Part shown: positions 1 through 10,340 of the stretch, one piece after another | Layout: every line of letters begins with the position of its first letter | Position numbering within the stretch: position 1 is the stretch's first letter | From: Capsulimonadaceae bacterium | Lineage (GTDB): Bacteria; Armatimonadota; Armatimonadia; Armatimonadales; Capsulimonadaceae | NCBI GenBank assembly: GCA_965215505.1 | Contig: OZ244065.1 | Coordinates: 5,920,001-5,984,000 of the forward strand | Length of the DNA: 64,000 bases | Direction: 5' to 3' | Program-made: the position numbers and the translations under genes | The notes under the pieces: generated by a model | Database searches by the model: none | What the model was told of the DNA's origin: nothing | The model's input: the letters and a program-made list of their open reading frames with translations, nothing else

Positions 1-743
1 TATTCACCGACAACAAGCACGGGTTCGCGCTGGTATCATTCCCCAGCGTCGCCGAGACGATCGAGTTCTTCGCGCTTCTCTCGGGGACTCTCACCATCGC
101 GTTCATCACCGGACGTCTGCGCTCGACCCTGGGCGAGCTGAACCGGACGAACGGGAATTTGCAGGCGGCGAATGCCCGGCTGACCGAGAGCGAGCAGCAG
201 CGGCGCGTCTTCAACCGGGACGTCCTGCTGGCCATCACCGGCGGCAAGCTGCGGCTCGTGGAACACGACGAGATGCCGCCGCGCGACCTCGTCTCCGAAA
301 CCCCCACCATGACGCAGGTCTTGCGCGTGCCGCAGGACGCCAGCCGCCTGCGCCACGCCCTGGTGCGGCTGGGACAGGAAACCGGCATGGATGCCGAGCG
401 CGTTGACGACCTCTGCACGGCCACCACCGAAGCGGCGACCAATGCCGTCAAGCACGGCAACGGCGGCCTGGCGACGGTCTGGGCTGGCCGTGAAGCCGTC
501 ACCGTCCAGATCGCGGACCACGGCACGGGCATCGCGCCGGCCCATCTGGCGCGGGCCACCCTGGAACAGGGCTTTTCCACCCGCGTCTCGCTCGGCATGG
601 GCTTTCACCTGATGCTCCAGTCAACCGATGCGCTCGCCCTCTGCACGGATTCACATGGCACCACCGTCTTCCTCCAGGTCTTCAACAAACCCCGGCCGAC
701 CGCCCAGGAAGCCGCCCTCGCCCGCTACGGCGGCATCACCTAG
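1..743 (+). CDS. 5'-truncated membrane protein with C-terminal HATPase_c (RsbW/RsbT-like anti-sigma kinase) domain
   Basis: Frame is open from the window edge. Hydrophobic stretch, then EAATNAVKHG (N box), DHGTGI (G1 box) and SLGMGF (G2 box). Confidence 0.75.
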   Translation, partial: FTDNKHGFALVSFPSVAETIEFFALLSGTLTIAFITGRLRSTLGELNRTNGNLQAANARLTESEQQRRVFNRDVLLAITGGKLRLVEHDEMPPRDLVSETPTMTQVLRVPQDASRLRHALVRLGQETGMDAERVDDLCTATTEAATNAVKHGNGGLATVWAGREAVTVQIADHGTGIAPAHLARATLEQGFSTRVSLGMGFHLMLQSTDALALCTDSHGTTVFLQVFNKPRPTAQEAALARYGGIT

Positions 744-755
744 TCGGGCGGCGCA

Positions 756-1583
756 TTAGTCGCCGTAGGATACCGTCGCGCGGGCCGGCCCCAAAACGTC
801 CTCGCCGGACACCCACCGTTCCACGGCCTGTGGCCGGTCCAGAGCGATCAGCAGGCCGCTGTTCAGCTCGCACCTGTGGTCCGCGTCTTCGGGCAGGCCC
901 GCGCGGCGCACCGCCCCGACGAGGCCCGCCTGGATGCCCGCGTTGACGCCCAGGGGCCGCTGGTCCTGCACGGCCCGTAGGTCGCCGCCCCCGTCTTCCA
1001 TGACGCGCTCGCACGCGGCCACGTCGCGGCTGTTCCAGGAGCGGCAGGCGAGGGGCCGGACGCCGTGGGCCGAGCAGAGGCCGTCCTCCAGCAGCGCGCA
1101 GGGGACGGCGGCGCGCACCCGCCCGGTCGGAGTCAGGCCCCGAATGGTCGCGGAGGTCCACCGAAGCCTCTCCCGCAGCAGTGCGAGCTGTGCCTCCGTG
1201 CGCGTCGCGCGCAGGTGTCCGGCGATCAGGAACACCTCGGGGGCCGATGCCTCGACCGTCAGATAGCAGCAGAAGGAGCAGCCGGCCCGGCAGTCGTGTT
1301 GGACGACGTTCAGGCTCTGGACATAGCGCCAGGTCTGGTCGTAGCCGTCATGGGCTTCGCGCGCCGCCGCCGACAGCGCCGGGGGCGTGACCGGCCGACC
1401 CAGGTACGCCCCGAGCCGCCTCTCCGTGTCGCCCGCCAGGGCGCGCACGAACGGCATCATCTTTTCGGGCGTGGCCGCGAGCGGGTCGCGGCCCGCCGTC
1501 TGCCCTGCCGACGTCTCGGGGACCTCCCCAGGCGGCTTGGTGCGCCGCTTCGTCCTCCCAGCCATTCGGCTGCGGTCTTTCAT
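756..1583 (-). CDS. YkgJ-family cysteine cluster (CxxCxxCC-type) protein
   Basis: CRAGCSFCC and CALLEDGLCSAHGVRPLACR motifs. ATG at 1583 has an SD-like sequence upstream. Confidence 0.8.
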   Translation of the reverse strand: MKDRSRMAGRTKRRTKPPGEVPETSAGQTAGRDPLAATPEKMMPFVRALAGDTERRLGAYLGRPVTPPALSAAAREAHDGYDQTWRYVQSLNVVQHDCRAGCSFCCYLTVEASAPEVFLIAGHLRATRTEAQLALLRERLRWTSATIRGLTPTGRVRAAVPCALLEDGLCSAHGVRPLACRSWNSRDVAACERVMEDGGGDLRAVQDQRPLGVNAGIQAGLVGAVRRAGLPEDADHRCELNSGLLIALDRPQAVERWVSGEDVLGPARATVSYGD

Positions 1584-1717
1584 GGCTTTCCTTCCTGCTC
1601 CCACTGTGGTGAAGACCGCCGGGACTCTCCAGGCGGCACTACACTTTACCACGTCTACGCCCCCCACGCCTGCGCCCGCCGCCGAATAGTTTACAGCCTT
1701 GGTGTGTTCCCTTTCCT

Positions 1718-1772
1718 CTTAACAAATCCTTAACATTCGCTTAAAGCTCGTTTAACATTGGGCCAGTAAAAT
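1718..1772 (+). promoter_or_regulatory. Pho-box-like tandem operator (four YTTAAC-like boxes at 11-bp period) plus -10 TAAAAT
   Basis: Boxes start at 1718, 1729, 1740 and 1751; TAAAAT at 1767-1772. Lies upstream of phosphoesterase genes. Confidence 0.65.
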
Positions 1773-1821
1773 GACCTGGCGCAGTGTGACATTCACCCGA
1801 ATACCTAAAGGAGCAGCATCC

Positions 1822-2478
1822 GTGAAATCCTTATCCCTTCGTCGGCCCCTGAGCCACGCCGCCTTGCTCGGCCTCGCCGCCGCGGCCTTCCTGTGCGCCG
1901 GGAGCGCGTCCGCCCAGAACTCGCCCTATGCCTTCCAGATCATTAATGGGACGCTCTCCGGGGGCGACCCCGTCGAGTCCGTCACCGACGACCTCACCTT
2001 CAACAACCTCGTAGTGACGGAGACTTTCAGCGACGGCTTCATCACCCCGATCTCTTTGGGCAGCCTGAACACGGGCACCCTCTTCACCGAGACGCCGGCC
2101 ACCCTGTATGACCCCGTCCACGGCGCGCTGGCTACCGCCGTGTTGAGCGGCACCCTGGGCATCGACGGGTTCCCCGCGACCAGTGTCCTGAACGTGGCCT
2201 TGCAGAAGTCGCCCGGCGGCCCCACGACGAGTCAGTACATCAGCACCGCCTTCTCGACGACCCTGAGCCTCAGCCCCTTCAGCGCCGCACCGGCGGGCAG
2301 CATCAGCGTCGGACAGTTTTCCCTGGAGGCCGGCGGCAATCCCCTCTTCGGAGCTGCCCCCACCGAGATCGTCGTCGCCCCGGCCGTGCCGGAGGCCTCC
2401 ACGGTCGTTTCCCTGGGGCTGATGCTGGCCCTCGGCCTGGGCGGGCTGGCCGTCACGCGCCGCCGTGCCGCCAAGTGA
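1822..2478 (+). CDS. PEP-CTERM-like exosortase-sorted surface protein
   Basis: AAGGAG then GTG at 1822; signal peptide; C-terminal VPEAS + transmembrane helix + RRR. Confidence 0.8.
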   Translation: MKSLSLRRPLSHAALLGLAAAAFLCAGSASAQNSPYAFQIINGTLSGGDPVESVTDDLTFNNLVVTETFSDGFITPISLGSLNTGTLFTETPATLYDPVHGALATAVLSGTLGIDGFPATSVLNVALQKSPGGPTTSQYISTAFSTTLSLSPFSAAPAGSISVGQFSLEAGGNPLFGAAPTEIVVAPAVPEASTVVSLGLMLALGLGGLAVTRRRAAK

Positions 2479-2509
2479 AGGCGTTTTTACGATGAGGAGG
2501 AACATCACG

Positions 2510-5500
2510 ATGAAGCGAAATCAACTCAAGAAGCGAAATCAACTCAAGAACGGGGCGGCAGCCCTGGGCGCGGCCCTGCTCGGGCTGCTCGCCGGCTCCG
2601 CCGCGACGGCGCAGGTGGACGGCACCAACTGGGGCACCATCACCACCCCCGTCTACGGCACCTCGGAAACGGCCGTCGCGAACGGGACCTACAGCGCCGC
2701 CGAACTGCTCGCCGGGCCGAACAAGTCCGGAGAACTGTCGCTCCCGTCCACACTGACGCCCACCTACTTCGACGGCGTCCTGCCCAACGGCAAGAAGGTC
2801 ACGCCTGCGGGCGTCGTCGCCCAGATCGGTATGCACCCGCTGGGCAGCGCCTTGACGCCCGACGGCCAGTACATCATCCTCTCGTGCGACGACGAGCGCA
2901 ACATCACCGGCGGCCTCTCGACGCAGCCTTCGCCGACTACGGCGGGAACCACGGTCAACCTGCTCGGCGGCTACTCGGTCACCGTCCTGCGGACCTCGGA
3001 CATGAAGGTCGCTGCCCAGGCCAACGTCGGCCCGCTGTTCGTCGGCCTTCAAGTGGTTGCGAACGGCGCAGGCGGCTACACCGTCTACGCTTCCGGCGGC
3101 GGCGACCACAACGTCAAGGTCCTGACGTTCACCCCCCCGGCCACCGCGACCTCGCTCGGCACGCTGACGTCGGGGACGCCCATCAAGATCAACCCGATCA
3201 CGCCGAACGGCACGGCCACCAACTTCGCCGCGCTCCCTAACACCGGTGCCTTCAACGGCGGCGACTTCCCGGAGAACAGCGGCAACAGCGGCGGCGTCGT
3301 TGGCAGCGGCAGCGGCAACCGGCTGACCTTCCCGGCCGGCTCCGCCCTCAGCCCGACCGGCCGCTACTTGTATGTCGCCTGCAACGCCGACAACAGCCTG
3401 GCCGTCATTGACACCACCACCAACACAGTCATCAAGCAGGTCCCGGTCGGCTTCCTGCCCTACGGCGTCTCGGTCAGCCGCGACGGTTCCAAGGTCCTCG
3501 TCTCCAACTGGGGCGTCCAGCAGTACAGCTTCCTCGCCCCCCCGACGCTCGATGGGAACGGCAACGTGACCGCCCTTGCCTCAGTCACCCCCAGCGCCCC
3601 GAACGTCAGCGGCCTGTTCTTCGTGCCGGTCACCAGTACGGCGGGCACCAACCCGCAGACCTCTTCGGTGTCCGTCGTCTCCGTCCCCGGCGGTAACCCC
3701 GCCAGCGCCACCCTCCTGGGCAGCATCTACGAGGGCCAGCCCGCCGGGCTGGACGACCGCAGCATCGTCGGCGAGACCCACCCCTCCGCTTCGGCCATCG
3801 TGCGTCGCGGCACTATCGAGGTGGAGTACGTCGCCAAGGCCGGCAGCGACGCCCTGGGGCTGATCCTGGTCGCCAACAGCCGCAAGCTGCAAGACGTGGA
3901 CCTGTCTCCGCTCAATCTGAACCTGGACAGCCACACCGTCCACGGCACCTATCCTAACGCTTTGGCGGTCTCGCCGGACAACACGCGGCTTTATGTCGCC
4001 GAGGCGGGCCTGAACTCGGTGGCCGTGCTCGACACGACCAACCCGATGGCCCCCGTCCTGATCGGGCGCATCCCCACCGGCTGGTATCCCACTGCCCTGA
4101 GCGTCAGCGCGGACGGCAGGACCCTCTATATCGTCAGCGACAAGGGCGTCGGCGAGGACATCAACCCGGCGACGAACCTCGCCACCAACCCGACGGCCAG
4201 CGGCATCGAGTCGTTCAGCAACTCCAACTCCATCTTCGGCACCTTGCAGAAGGTTGACCTGACCCGCTACACGCCTGACCAGACCACCGCCCTGGCGAAC
4301 AACTTCGCCGTCCAGTCCGGCAAACTCGACACCTCCATCGTGCCGCTCGGCGGCCCGGCCTCGAACAAGATCAAGCATGTGATCTTCATCCTGCACGAGA
4401 ACAAGACCTTCGACTCCATGCTCGGCAATCAGGCCCACTTCGGCGCCTTCGCCAACCAGAACTATAATCTGGCGAATGGCACGACCAGCCTGGACACCGA
4501 GTACGCGGTGACCGGGCCGACCGGCTTCACGCAGCTCGCCTACAACACGCAGGCGCTGGCCGACACCTTCGCCACCGGCGTCAACTACTACTCGGACGCC
4601 GAGGAGAGCGACGGCGGGCATCAGTTCAGCGCCTCGGGCACGGCCAGCGACTACACCGAAAAGACGCTTCTCGTCAAGGGCGGGCGCGGCCTGCTCGCCA
4701 ACAAGAACATGGAGCCGGAGGACTACCCGGAGGGCGGCTACATCTTCAACAACGCCGCCCGCAACGGCGTCTCCTTCAAGGATTACGGGGCGCTCATCCG
4801 CGTCACCGGCACCGACAACGGCTACGCCAACCCGGCCAAGACCATTGACCCGCCCAGCGGCGGGGGCGGCCTGCCACTGGTGACGGGGCCGACGGTCAAC
4901 GGCGTCACCCTCGGGGCCGAGAGCAACCCGGTCCTCAACGGCCAGAACACCACTAGTGCTCCGTCCGCCTCCACTACGGTCGTCGAGGTGCCCGGCAGCG
5001 ATGTCACCTCGGCGACTCAAGGGCTGGGCCAGTCCTACTTCCTGAAGAACCCGATCCTCGCCATTTTGGGCGAAGCGAACGCCAACGGCGAGCCGCACCT
5101 GGACGTGAACTATCCGGGCTACAACTTCGGCATTTCCGACCAGCGCCGCGCCCTGGAGTTCATCAAGGACTTCGACCGCATGAGCGCCGCGGGCACGCTG
5201 CCGCAGTTCATCTACCTCTACCAGCCGAACGACCACTCCGGCAACCCCGCCGCCACGACCAACATCAGCATCACCGGCGGCAGTCCCTCGGGCGCGGAAC
5301 TGATCGCCGACGGCGACACGGCCCTCGGCATGGTGGTGAAGCACATCATGGGCACCCCCACCTACTACAACAGCGCCGACGGCACCGGCAGCGCGATCTT
5401 CATGACCTACGACGATGCCCAATCCGGCCGGGACCACCTGGACCCGCACCGGACGCCGATGATCGTCATCAGCCCCTACGCCAAGCCCGGCTTCCTGGGG

Positions 5501-5959
5501 ACGCGCCACTACTCGACGGCTTCCATCGTCAAGACCGAAGAACTGCTGCTGGGCCTGCCGCCGAACAACTACGGCGACCTGTTCGCCACCGACCTGCGCG
5601 ACATGTTCCAGTCGAGCTACAACGGCATCGCGCTCGGGCCGGACGGCCTGACTCTGATCCAGACGAAGAGCGGCAAGGCGCTCATCAAGCTCCACAGCAA
5701 GAGTACTTATGTGGCGACAGCGGAGGGCCGCAAGGTCTGGAAGCTTTCCGAGAAACTGGACTCGTCCTCCCCGGACCAGGACAGCCAGCGCCTGAGCCTC
5801 GTCACCCTGCTCTCAATGCAGGCCGACTCGCTGCACCATCAGGCGGCGAAGAAGAACCGCCTGCACACGACCGGGTACAAAGCTGCCCAGGCCCGCGTCT
5901 ACCAGGCCGCCGTGCGCGTCGTCAACGGCCCCAAAGCCGGCGACACCGACGGCGACTAG
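2510..5959 (+). CDS. Secreted YncE-like beta-propeller / phosphoesterase (alkaline phosphatase superfamily) fusion
   Basis: AGGAGG then ATG at 2510; propeller repeats (LYVA..NSVAVLD, IPTGWYP); HVIFILHENKTFD, NDH and YDDAQSGRDH motifs. Confidence 0.85.
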   Translation: MKRNQLKKRNQLKNGAAALGAALLGLLAGSAATAQVDGTNWGTITTPVYGTSETAVANGTYSAAELLAGPNKSGELSLPSTLTPTYFDGVLPNGKKVTPAGVVAQIGMHPLGSALTPDGQYIILSCDDERNITGGLSTQPSPTTAGTTVNLLGGYSVTVLRTSDMKVAAQANVGPLFVGLQVVANGAGGYTVYASGGGDHNVKVLTFTPPATATSLGTLTSGTPIKINPITPNGTATNFAALPNTGAFNGGDFPENSGNSGGVVGSGSGNRLTFPAGSALSPTGRYLYVACNADNSLAVIDTTTNTVIKQVPVGFLPYGVSVSRDGSKVLVSNWGVQQYSFLAPPTLDGNGNVTALASVTPSAPNVSGLFFVPVTSTAGTNPQTSSVSVVSVPGGNPASATLLGSIYEGQPAGLDDRSIVGETHPSASAIVRRGTIEVEYVAKAGSDALGLILVANSRKLQDVDLSPLNLNLDSHTVHGTYPNALAVSPDNTRLYVAEAGLNSVAVLDTTNPMAPVLIGRIPTGWYPTALSVSADGRTLYIVSDKGVGEDINPATNLATNPTASGIESFSNSNSIFGTLQKVDLTRYTPDQTTALANNFAVQSGKLDTSIVPLGGPASNKIKHVIFILHENKTFDSMLGNQAHFGAFANQNYNLANGTTSLDTEYAVTGPTGFTQLAYNTQALADTFATGVNYYSDAEESDGGHQFSASGTASDYTEKTLLVKGGRGLLANKNMEPEDYPEGGYIFNNAARNGVSFKDYGALIRVTGTDNGYANPAKTIDPPSGGGGLPLVTGPTVNGVTLGAESNPVLNGQNTTSAPSASTTVVEVPGSDVTSATQGLGQSYFLKNPILAILGEANANGEPHLDVNYPGYNFGISDQRRALEFIKDFDRMSAAGTLPQFIYLYQPNDHSGNPAATTNISITGGSPSGAELIADGDTALGMVVKHIMGTPTYYNSADGTGSAIFMTYDDAQSGRDHLDPHRTPMIVISPYAKPGFLGTRHYSTASIVKTEELLLGLPPNNYGDLFATDLRDMFQSSYNGIALGPDGLTLIQTKSGKALIKLHSKSTYVATAEGRKVWKLSEKLDSSSPDQDSQRLSLVTLLSMQADSLHHQAAKKNRLHTTGYKAAQARVYQAAVRVVNGPKAGDTDGD

Positions 5960-5968
5960 AACCCACTG

Positions 5969-5998
5969 CCCCGGCTTCCCCAAGCTGGGGCTTTTTTC
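5969..5998 (+). terminator. Intrinsic terminator-like hairpin between the two phosphoesterase genes
   Basis: CCCCGGCTT/AAGCTGGGG stem followed by a T run. Confidence 0.55.
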
Positions 5999-6013
5999 GC
6001 CCGTTTGGAGACA

Positions 6014-8830
6014 ATGATGCTCTGCACACGAAACATAAGTAAGCGAAACTCGTTAGCCCTGCTCGGTGCCGCCGCCGTCGCCCTACTCGGCGTCCCTGTC
6101 GGGGCGCAGAACACGAACCCACTCGTCACGGGCAAGCGGATCACCCTGCCGCCGCTCGGGACGCAGGCGAACGTCGGCAGCCTGCCGATGAACATGATCC
6201 TCAGCCCTGACGGCCGGTACGCCGTCGCCACCGACATGGGCTTCCGGCAGGCGCTGTCGGTCCTGGACACCTCGACCGGCGCGGTCCTCTCGCAGACGCC
6301 GTTCTTCCCGGACCCGAACCAGCCCGGCGTCAACGCCGGCGACCCCAAGAAGATCAACCTCTACTACGGGCTGGCCTTCGCGCCGACCGCCAACCCCGAT
6401 GGCAGCTACACCCTGTATGCGTCCCAGGGCAGCAATGCCGCCGTCGGAGTCTACAGCCTGGCGAACGGCACTCTGACCTCGACGGGTACCATCCCCCTCA
6501 AGCCGGGCGACTTCGCGGCCGGACTCGCGACCGACGCGCGCGGCTACCTGTATGTGGCCGTCAACGAATATTATGGCGGCCCGGACCCGACGGGGCCGCT
6601 CACGCAGCCCGGCCGGCTCCTGGTCTATAACACCGCCGTCAGCCCCGCCGCCGAGGTCGCCCGCGTCTCGGTGGGGAATGCAGCCCTGCTCAACTCCTTC
6701 CCCCTGGCCGTGGCCGCACTGGGCGACGGCAGCAAGGTCTACGTCTCCAGCCAGCGCGACGGCGCGGTGTATGTCTTCAATGCCTCCGTCCCCGCCGCCA
6801 CGGCGGCGGCCGGCGTCCTGCCGACCGGCGCGCACCCGGACGCGCTGCTGCTGAACCGGGCGCAGACCAAGCTCTACGTCGCCAACGCCCACTCCGACAC
6901 CGTCTCGGTCATCAACACGGCGGACAACAGCGCCGCCGCGACGGTCCTGCTCCGGCCGAGCGGTGCGACGACATTGGCGGGCGCGACGCCGACCGGCCTG
7001 GCCTTGACGCCGGACGAGAGCCGCCTGTATGTGACCCTGGGCGACATGAACGCCGTCGCCGTCGTGGACCTGACGGCGGGGGCGACGGTCGGCTACATCC
7101 CGACCGGCTGGTATCCGACCGCCGTGGTGGCCTCGCCATTCAGGAAGCAGATCCTGGTCGCCGACGCCAAGGGGACCGCCACGCGCAACCCGAACCCCGG
7201 CCAGAAGGTGTACGACCTGCCAGGCGGCAAGAGTACCGATAGCGCGGGCCGGTTCTATGACCTGAACATCATCGAGGGCCAGGTGCAGACGATGCCGGTC
7301 CCCAACCCGGCACAGCTCGCGGCCCAGACGCAGCAGGTGGTCCTCAACAACCGGCTCACACAGATCGGGGTCGTCCCCGCCCCGTTCGGCCAGATCGGCT
7401 TGAAGGCGGGCGGCATCCAGCACGTCATCTACATCGTCAAGGAGAACCGGACCTACGACCAGGTCCTCGGCGATCTGCCCCAGGGCAACGGCGAGCCTGA
7501 CCTCGCCATCTTCGGCCAGAAGGTGACACCGAACCTGCACGCCCTGGCCTCCCGATTCGTCCTGCTGGACAACTTCTATGACTGCGGCGAGGCCTCCGGC
7601 GACGGCTGGCCCTGGTCCACCCAGGGCATCGCCACCGAATACGTCATCAAGAACCTGCCCTACAACTACAGCGGCCGGGGCCGGAACTATGACTTCGAGG
7701 GCCAGAACAACGGCTACCTCGTGGGCGGCTTCGCGGCCAAGGACCCCAACGGCAAGACGAACTCCACCGTCTTCACGAACGGGGCACCCGCCATCCCCGA
7801 CGTCTCCGAAGCGCCCGCCGGACACATCTGGGACCTGGTCGCAAGCGCCAAACTGTCCTACCGCAACTACGGCTTCTTCACCTCGTTCGGCGTCGGCACG
7901 GTCCTGCCGGACAATTACCCGACGGCCAAGGGCCTACTGCCTCCGGGCCGCTACACGTCCGGCGCGCTGGACCCCGTGGCGAACGGCATCACCGACTTCG
8001 ACTTCCGCCGCTTCGACACTGCCTATCCCGATAGCGATGCGCCGGCCCTGTACGGCTTCCAGGGCTACCCGACGCAGGCTTACGGCGCGTTCAGCGCCAA
8101 GAGCCGCTTCACCGAATGGAGCCGCGAGTTCCAGGCGCAGCTCGCGGCCAACGCCGTCCCGACGTTCTCGATGGTCCGCTTCATGAATGACCACACCGCC
8201 GGCCTTGCGTCCGGCGTGGCCTCGCCGCAGGCGCACGTCGCCGACAACGACTATGCCGTGGGCCAGCTCGTGGATGCGGTCAGCAAGAGCAGCATCTGGA
8301 ACAGTACGGCGATCTTCATCATCGAGGACGACGCCCAGGACGGACCCGACCATGTGGACGCCCACCGCTCCACCTGCTACGTCATCAGCCCTTACATCAA
8401 GCAGGCTTCTGTAGACCATACGTTTTACAACACGGACAGCGTGCTGAAGACGATGGAGCTGCTGCTGGGACTGCCGCCGATGAGCCAGTATGATGCCGTG
8501 GCGACCCCGTTCCTGGACTTCGATACCGCGCCGAACAACGGCGGGACCTACACGGCCCTCCAGCCGGCCCAGGCGATCATCACGGACACCAACCCCGTGT
8601 TGTCGTCCCTGAAGCCGGGCACGATGGCCTACCACCTGGCGAAGCTGGCGAGCAAGCTCGACCTGATCCACCCGGACAGCGCGCCGGCCGCCCTGCTGAC
8701 CGAGATGGAATGGAAGAGCGTCAAGGGCATGAACGCTAAGGTCCCCGCGACGCACCACAGCGGCCTCGTGCTGACGCGCCCCGCGTCCCCCAAGGCGGCG
8801 GCCCATGCCGCCGTCAAAGACGGCGACTAG
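6014..8830 (+). CDS. Second secreted YncE-like / phosphoesterase paralog
   Basis: Signal peptide; propeller repeats; HVIYIVKENRTYDQVLGD and EDDAQDGPDHVDAHRS motifs. Confidence 0.88.
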   Translation: MMLCTRNISKRNSLALLGAAAVALLGVPVGAQNTNPLVTGKRITLPPLGTQANVGSLPMNMILSPDGRYAVATDMGFRQALSVLDTSTGAVLSQTPFFPDPNQPGVNAGDPKKINLYYGLAFAPTANPDGSYTLYASQGSNAAVGVYSLANGTLTSTGTIPLKPGDFAAGLATDARGYLYVAVNEYYGGPDPTGPLTQPGRLLVYNTAVSPAAEVARVSVGNAALLNSFPLAVAALGDGSKVYVSSQRDGAVYVFNASVPAATAAAGVLPTGAHPDALLLNRAQTKLYVANAHSDTVSVINTADNSAAATVLLRPSGATTLAGATPTGLALTPDESRLYVTLGDMNAVAVVDLTAGATVGYIPTGWYPTAVVASPFRKQILVADAKGTATRNPNPGQKVYDLPGGKSTDSAGRFYDLNIIEGQVQTMPVPNPAQLAAQTQQVVLNNRLTQIGVVPAPFGQIGLKAGGIQHVIYIVKENRTYDQVLGDLPQGNGEPDLAIFGQKVTPNLHALASRFVLLDNFYDCGEASGDGWPWSTQGIATEYVIKNLPYNYSGRGRNYDFEGQNNGYLVGGFAAKDPNGKTNSTVFTNGAPAIPDVSEAPAGHIWDLVASAKLSYRNYGFFTSFGVGTVLPDNYPTAKGLLPPGRYTSGALDPVANGITDFDFRRFDTAYPDSDAPALYGFQGYPTQAYGAFSAKSRFTEWSREFQAQLAANAVPTFSMVRFMNDHTAGLASGVASPQAHVADNDYAVGQLVDAVSKSSIWNSTAIFIIEDDAQDGPDHVDAHRSTCYVISPYIKQASVDHTFYNTDSVLKTMELLLGLPPMSQYDAVATPFLDFDTAPNNGGTYTALQPAQAIITDTNPVLSSLKPGTMAYHLAKLASKLDLIHPDSAPAALLTEMEWKSVKGMNAKVPATHHSGLVLTRPASPKAAAHAAVKDGD

Positions 8831-8928
8831 CCGCCCTCGCCTCCACATAGGAAGCCCCGCGTCCAAGCAGTGGACGCGGGGCTTTCCCCCGTCAAGGCTC
8901 GACGTTGGGGGAGCGGATGCGGCAGGAA

Positions 8929-8988
8929 GGGCGAACACAAGGTTCGCCCCTACGGGGCAAGATGTACGGGCGTGATTCATCGCGCCCT
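8929..8988. repeat. REP-like palindrome doublet (GTAGGGGCG...CGCCC type)
   Basis: GGGCGAACACAAGGTTCGCCCCTAC plus an inverted GTACGGGCGTGATTCATCGCGCCC. Related doublets at 53621 and 62280. Confidence 0.6.
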
Positions 8989-9104
8989 CCCCCCATGCGC
9001 GCCCCCTCCGCCCTCTGTGCCAGACATAAGAAGGCCGCCCACCATCGGTATGGCGGGCGGCCTCGGTCATCCGGCCTTCGTCCCTGCGTGCCTACACGTT
9101 TGCC

Positions 9105-9371
9105 TTACATCTTCGCGCCGCGCATCGCCCGGCTCTCCCTGGCTGCGCGCGGCAGGCTGGACATCCGCACGATGGTGAGCGGGTCGCCGCCCTTGTCGTG
9201 CATCCCGTGCGCCCGCGCGTAGGCCACCGAATAGTAGCGCTTGTCCTTGGCATCGTAGGCGACCATCTTGCGTCCGTGATGTCGGTGTGCGGCATGGGCG
9301 GCAGGCGGAACGGCGAGCAGAGCAACGGCGGCGAGAACGACCGCCGCAGTGAAAGGTGTCTTCGACCTCAT
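9105..9371 (-). CDS. Small secreted basic/His-rich hypothetical protein
   Basis: GGAGG SD; signal peptide ending AHA; directly downstream of the DUF1559-type gene. Confidence 0.65.
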   Translation of the reverse strand: MRSKTPFTAAVVLAAVALLAVPPAAHAAHRHHGRKMVAYDAKDKRYYSVAYARAHGMHDKGGDPLTIVRMSSLPRAARESRAMRGAKM

Positions 9372-9386
9372 AAGGTCCTCCGTGTT

Positions 9387-10232
9387 CTAGGGATAGGTGA
9401 AGCTGGGCATCCCCGGCTGGGTGTTCCCGGCAGCGCAGATATTGGGTTCGTTCGGCCCGGCGCTCTGTGAACTCTGTACCGTCGTGTCCATCACCCCAGG
9501 AATTGGGTTGTTGTAGATCAGCTCGCACCCGGTCAGGTCTTTGCTGTTCTGGAACGTGGTGGCATTGTAAGCCTTCGCATGGCCGTCATAGAAAATGGCG
9601 TTCATGCGGCCCTGATGCCGGTTGCCAGAGTGCCACATGTGCGCCGTATTCCCGCCGTAGTCCGGGTCAAAGTCGCCGTTGAATGCCTCGATCCAGGTGT
9701 CGCCGATAGTGCCGGCCGAGTCTCTGTCCCACTTCTCCACGATTACCGCCGTCTCGACTGGGTCATCAATCTTGGCCAGCGGGAGGCTTTCCGCCGAGCG
9801 GCAGGCGATGTAGGAGCGCGGGATCACGAGGTTGTTGCCGGCGTCCGCGCTGAGGGTGGGGCCGGCGTCACTGGGGCAGGTGAAAACCGCGTTGCTCTTG
9901 ACATACGGCATGATCTGGTTCCACCACTTGATCGTGTAGCTGGCGGCGGGGCGGACAACGCCGCTCCGCGAGTGGGCGGCGACCGTGTCGGCGTAGAAGA
10001 AGAGCTTCTCGTCGCTGTCGTTGATGTACTGCGAAACGGCGAGTCCGAGCTGCTTCTCGTTGGAGAGGCAGGTCGTGGCCCGCGCCCGCTCCCGGACGGA
10101 CTGGAAGACCGGGAAGAGGATGGCGGCAAGAATCGCAATGATGGCGATGACGACGAGCAGCTCGATCAGCGTAAACGCTTGAGTGTAGCCCCGGCGACTT
10201 CCGGGGCGGAGCGGCGGCAAGAGTTCTGACAT
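9387..10232 (-). CDS. Prepilin-type N-terminal cleavage/methylation, DUF1559-type protein
   Basis: [26 protein letters not shown]-terminal H-X9-DG motif ([13 protein letters not shown]). Confidence 0.9.
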   Translation of the reverse strand: MSELLPPLRPGSRRGYTQAFTLIELLVVIAIIAILAAILFPVFQSVRERARATTCLSNEKQLGLAVSQYINDSDEKLFFYADTVAAHSRSGVVRPAASYTIKWWNQIMPYVKSNAVFTCPSDAGPTLSADAGNNLVIPRSYIACRSAESLPLAKIDDPVETAVIVEKWDRDSAGTIGDTWIEAFNGDFDPDYGGNTAHMWHSGNRHQGRMNAIFYDGHAKAYNATTFQNSKDLTGCELIYNNPIPGVMDTTVQSSQSAGPNEPNICAAGNTQPGMPSFTYP

Positions 10233-10340
10233 GGGCGTTCTCCTCCAAACACTGGTTTCTGTGTGGCCAGTATACTAGGGCAATGTAAAGAGAACATTAA
10301 GAAGCCGCCGCGTGGCCGCAGAGTAGGTATAATCAGAAGC

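Noticed and set aside
3581-5695. Long antisense ORFs (also 6083-7825, 20589-22343, 24677-26233, 45036-47057 and similar)
   Set aside because: These are shadow frames of GC-rich genes with no recognisable motifs.
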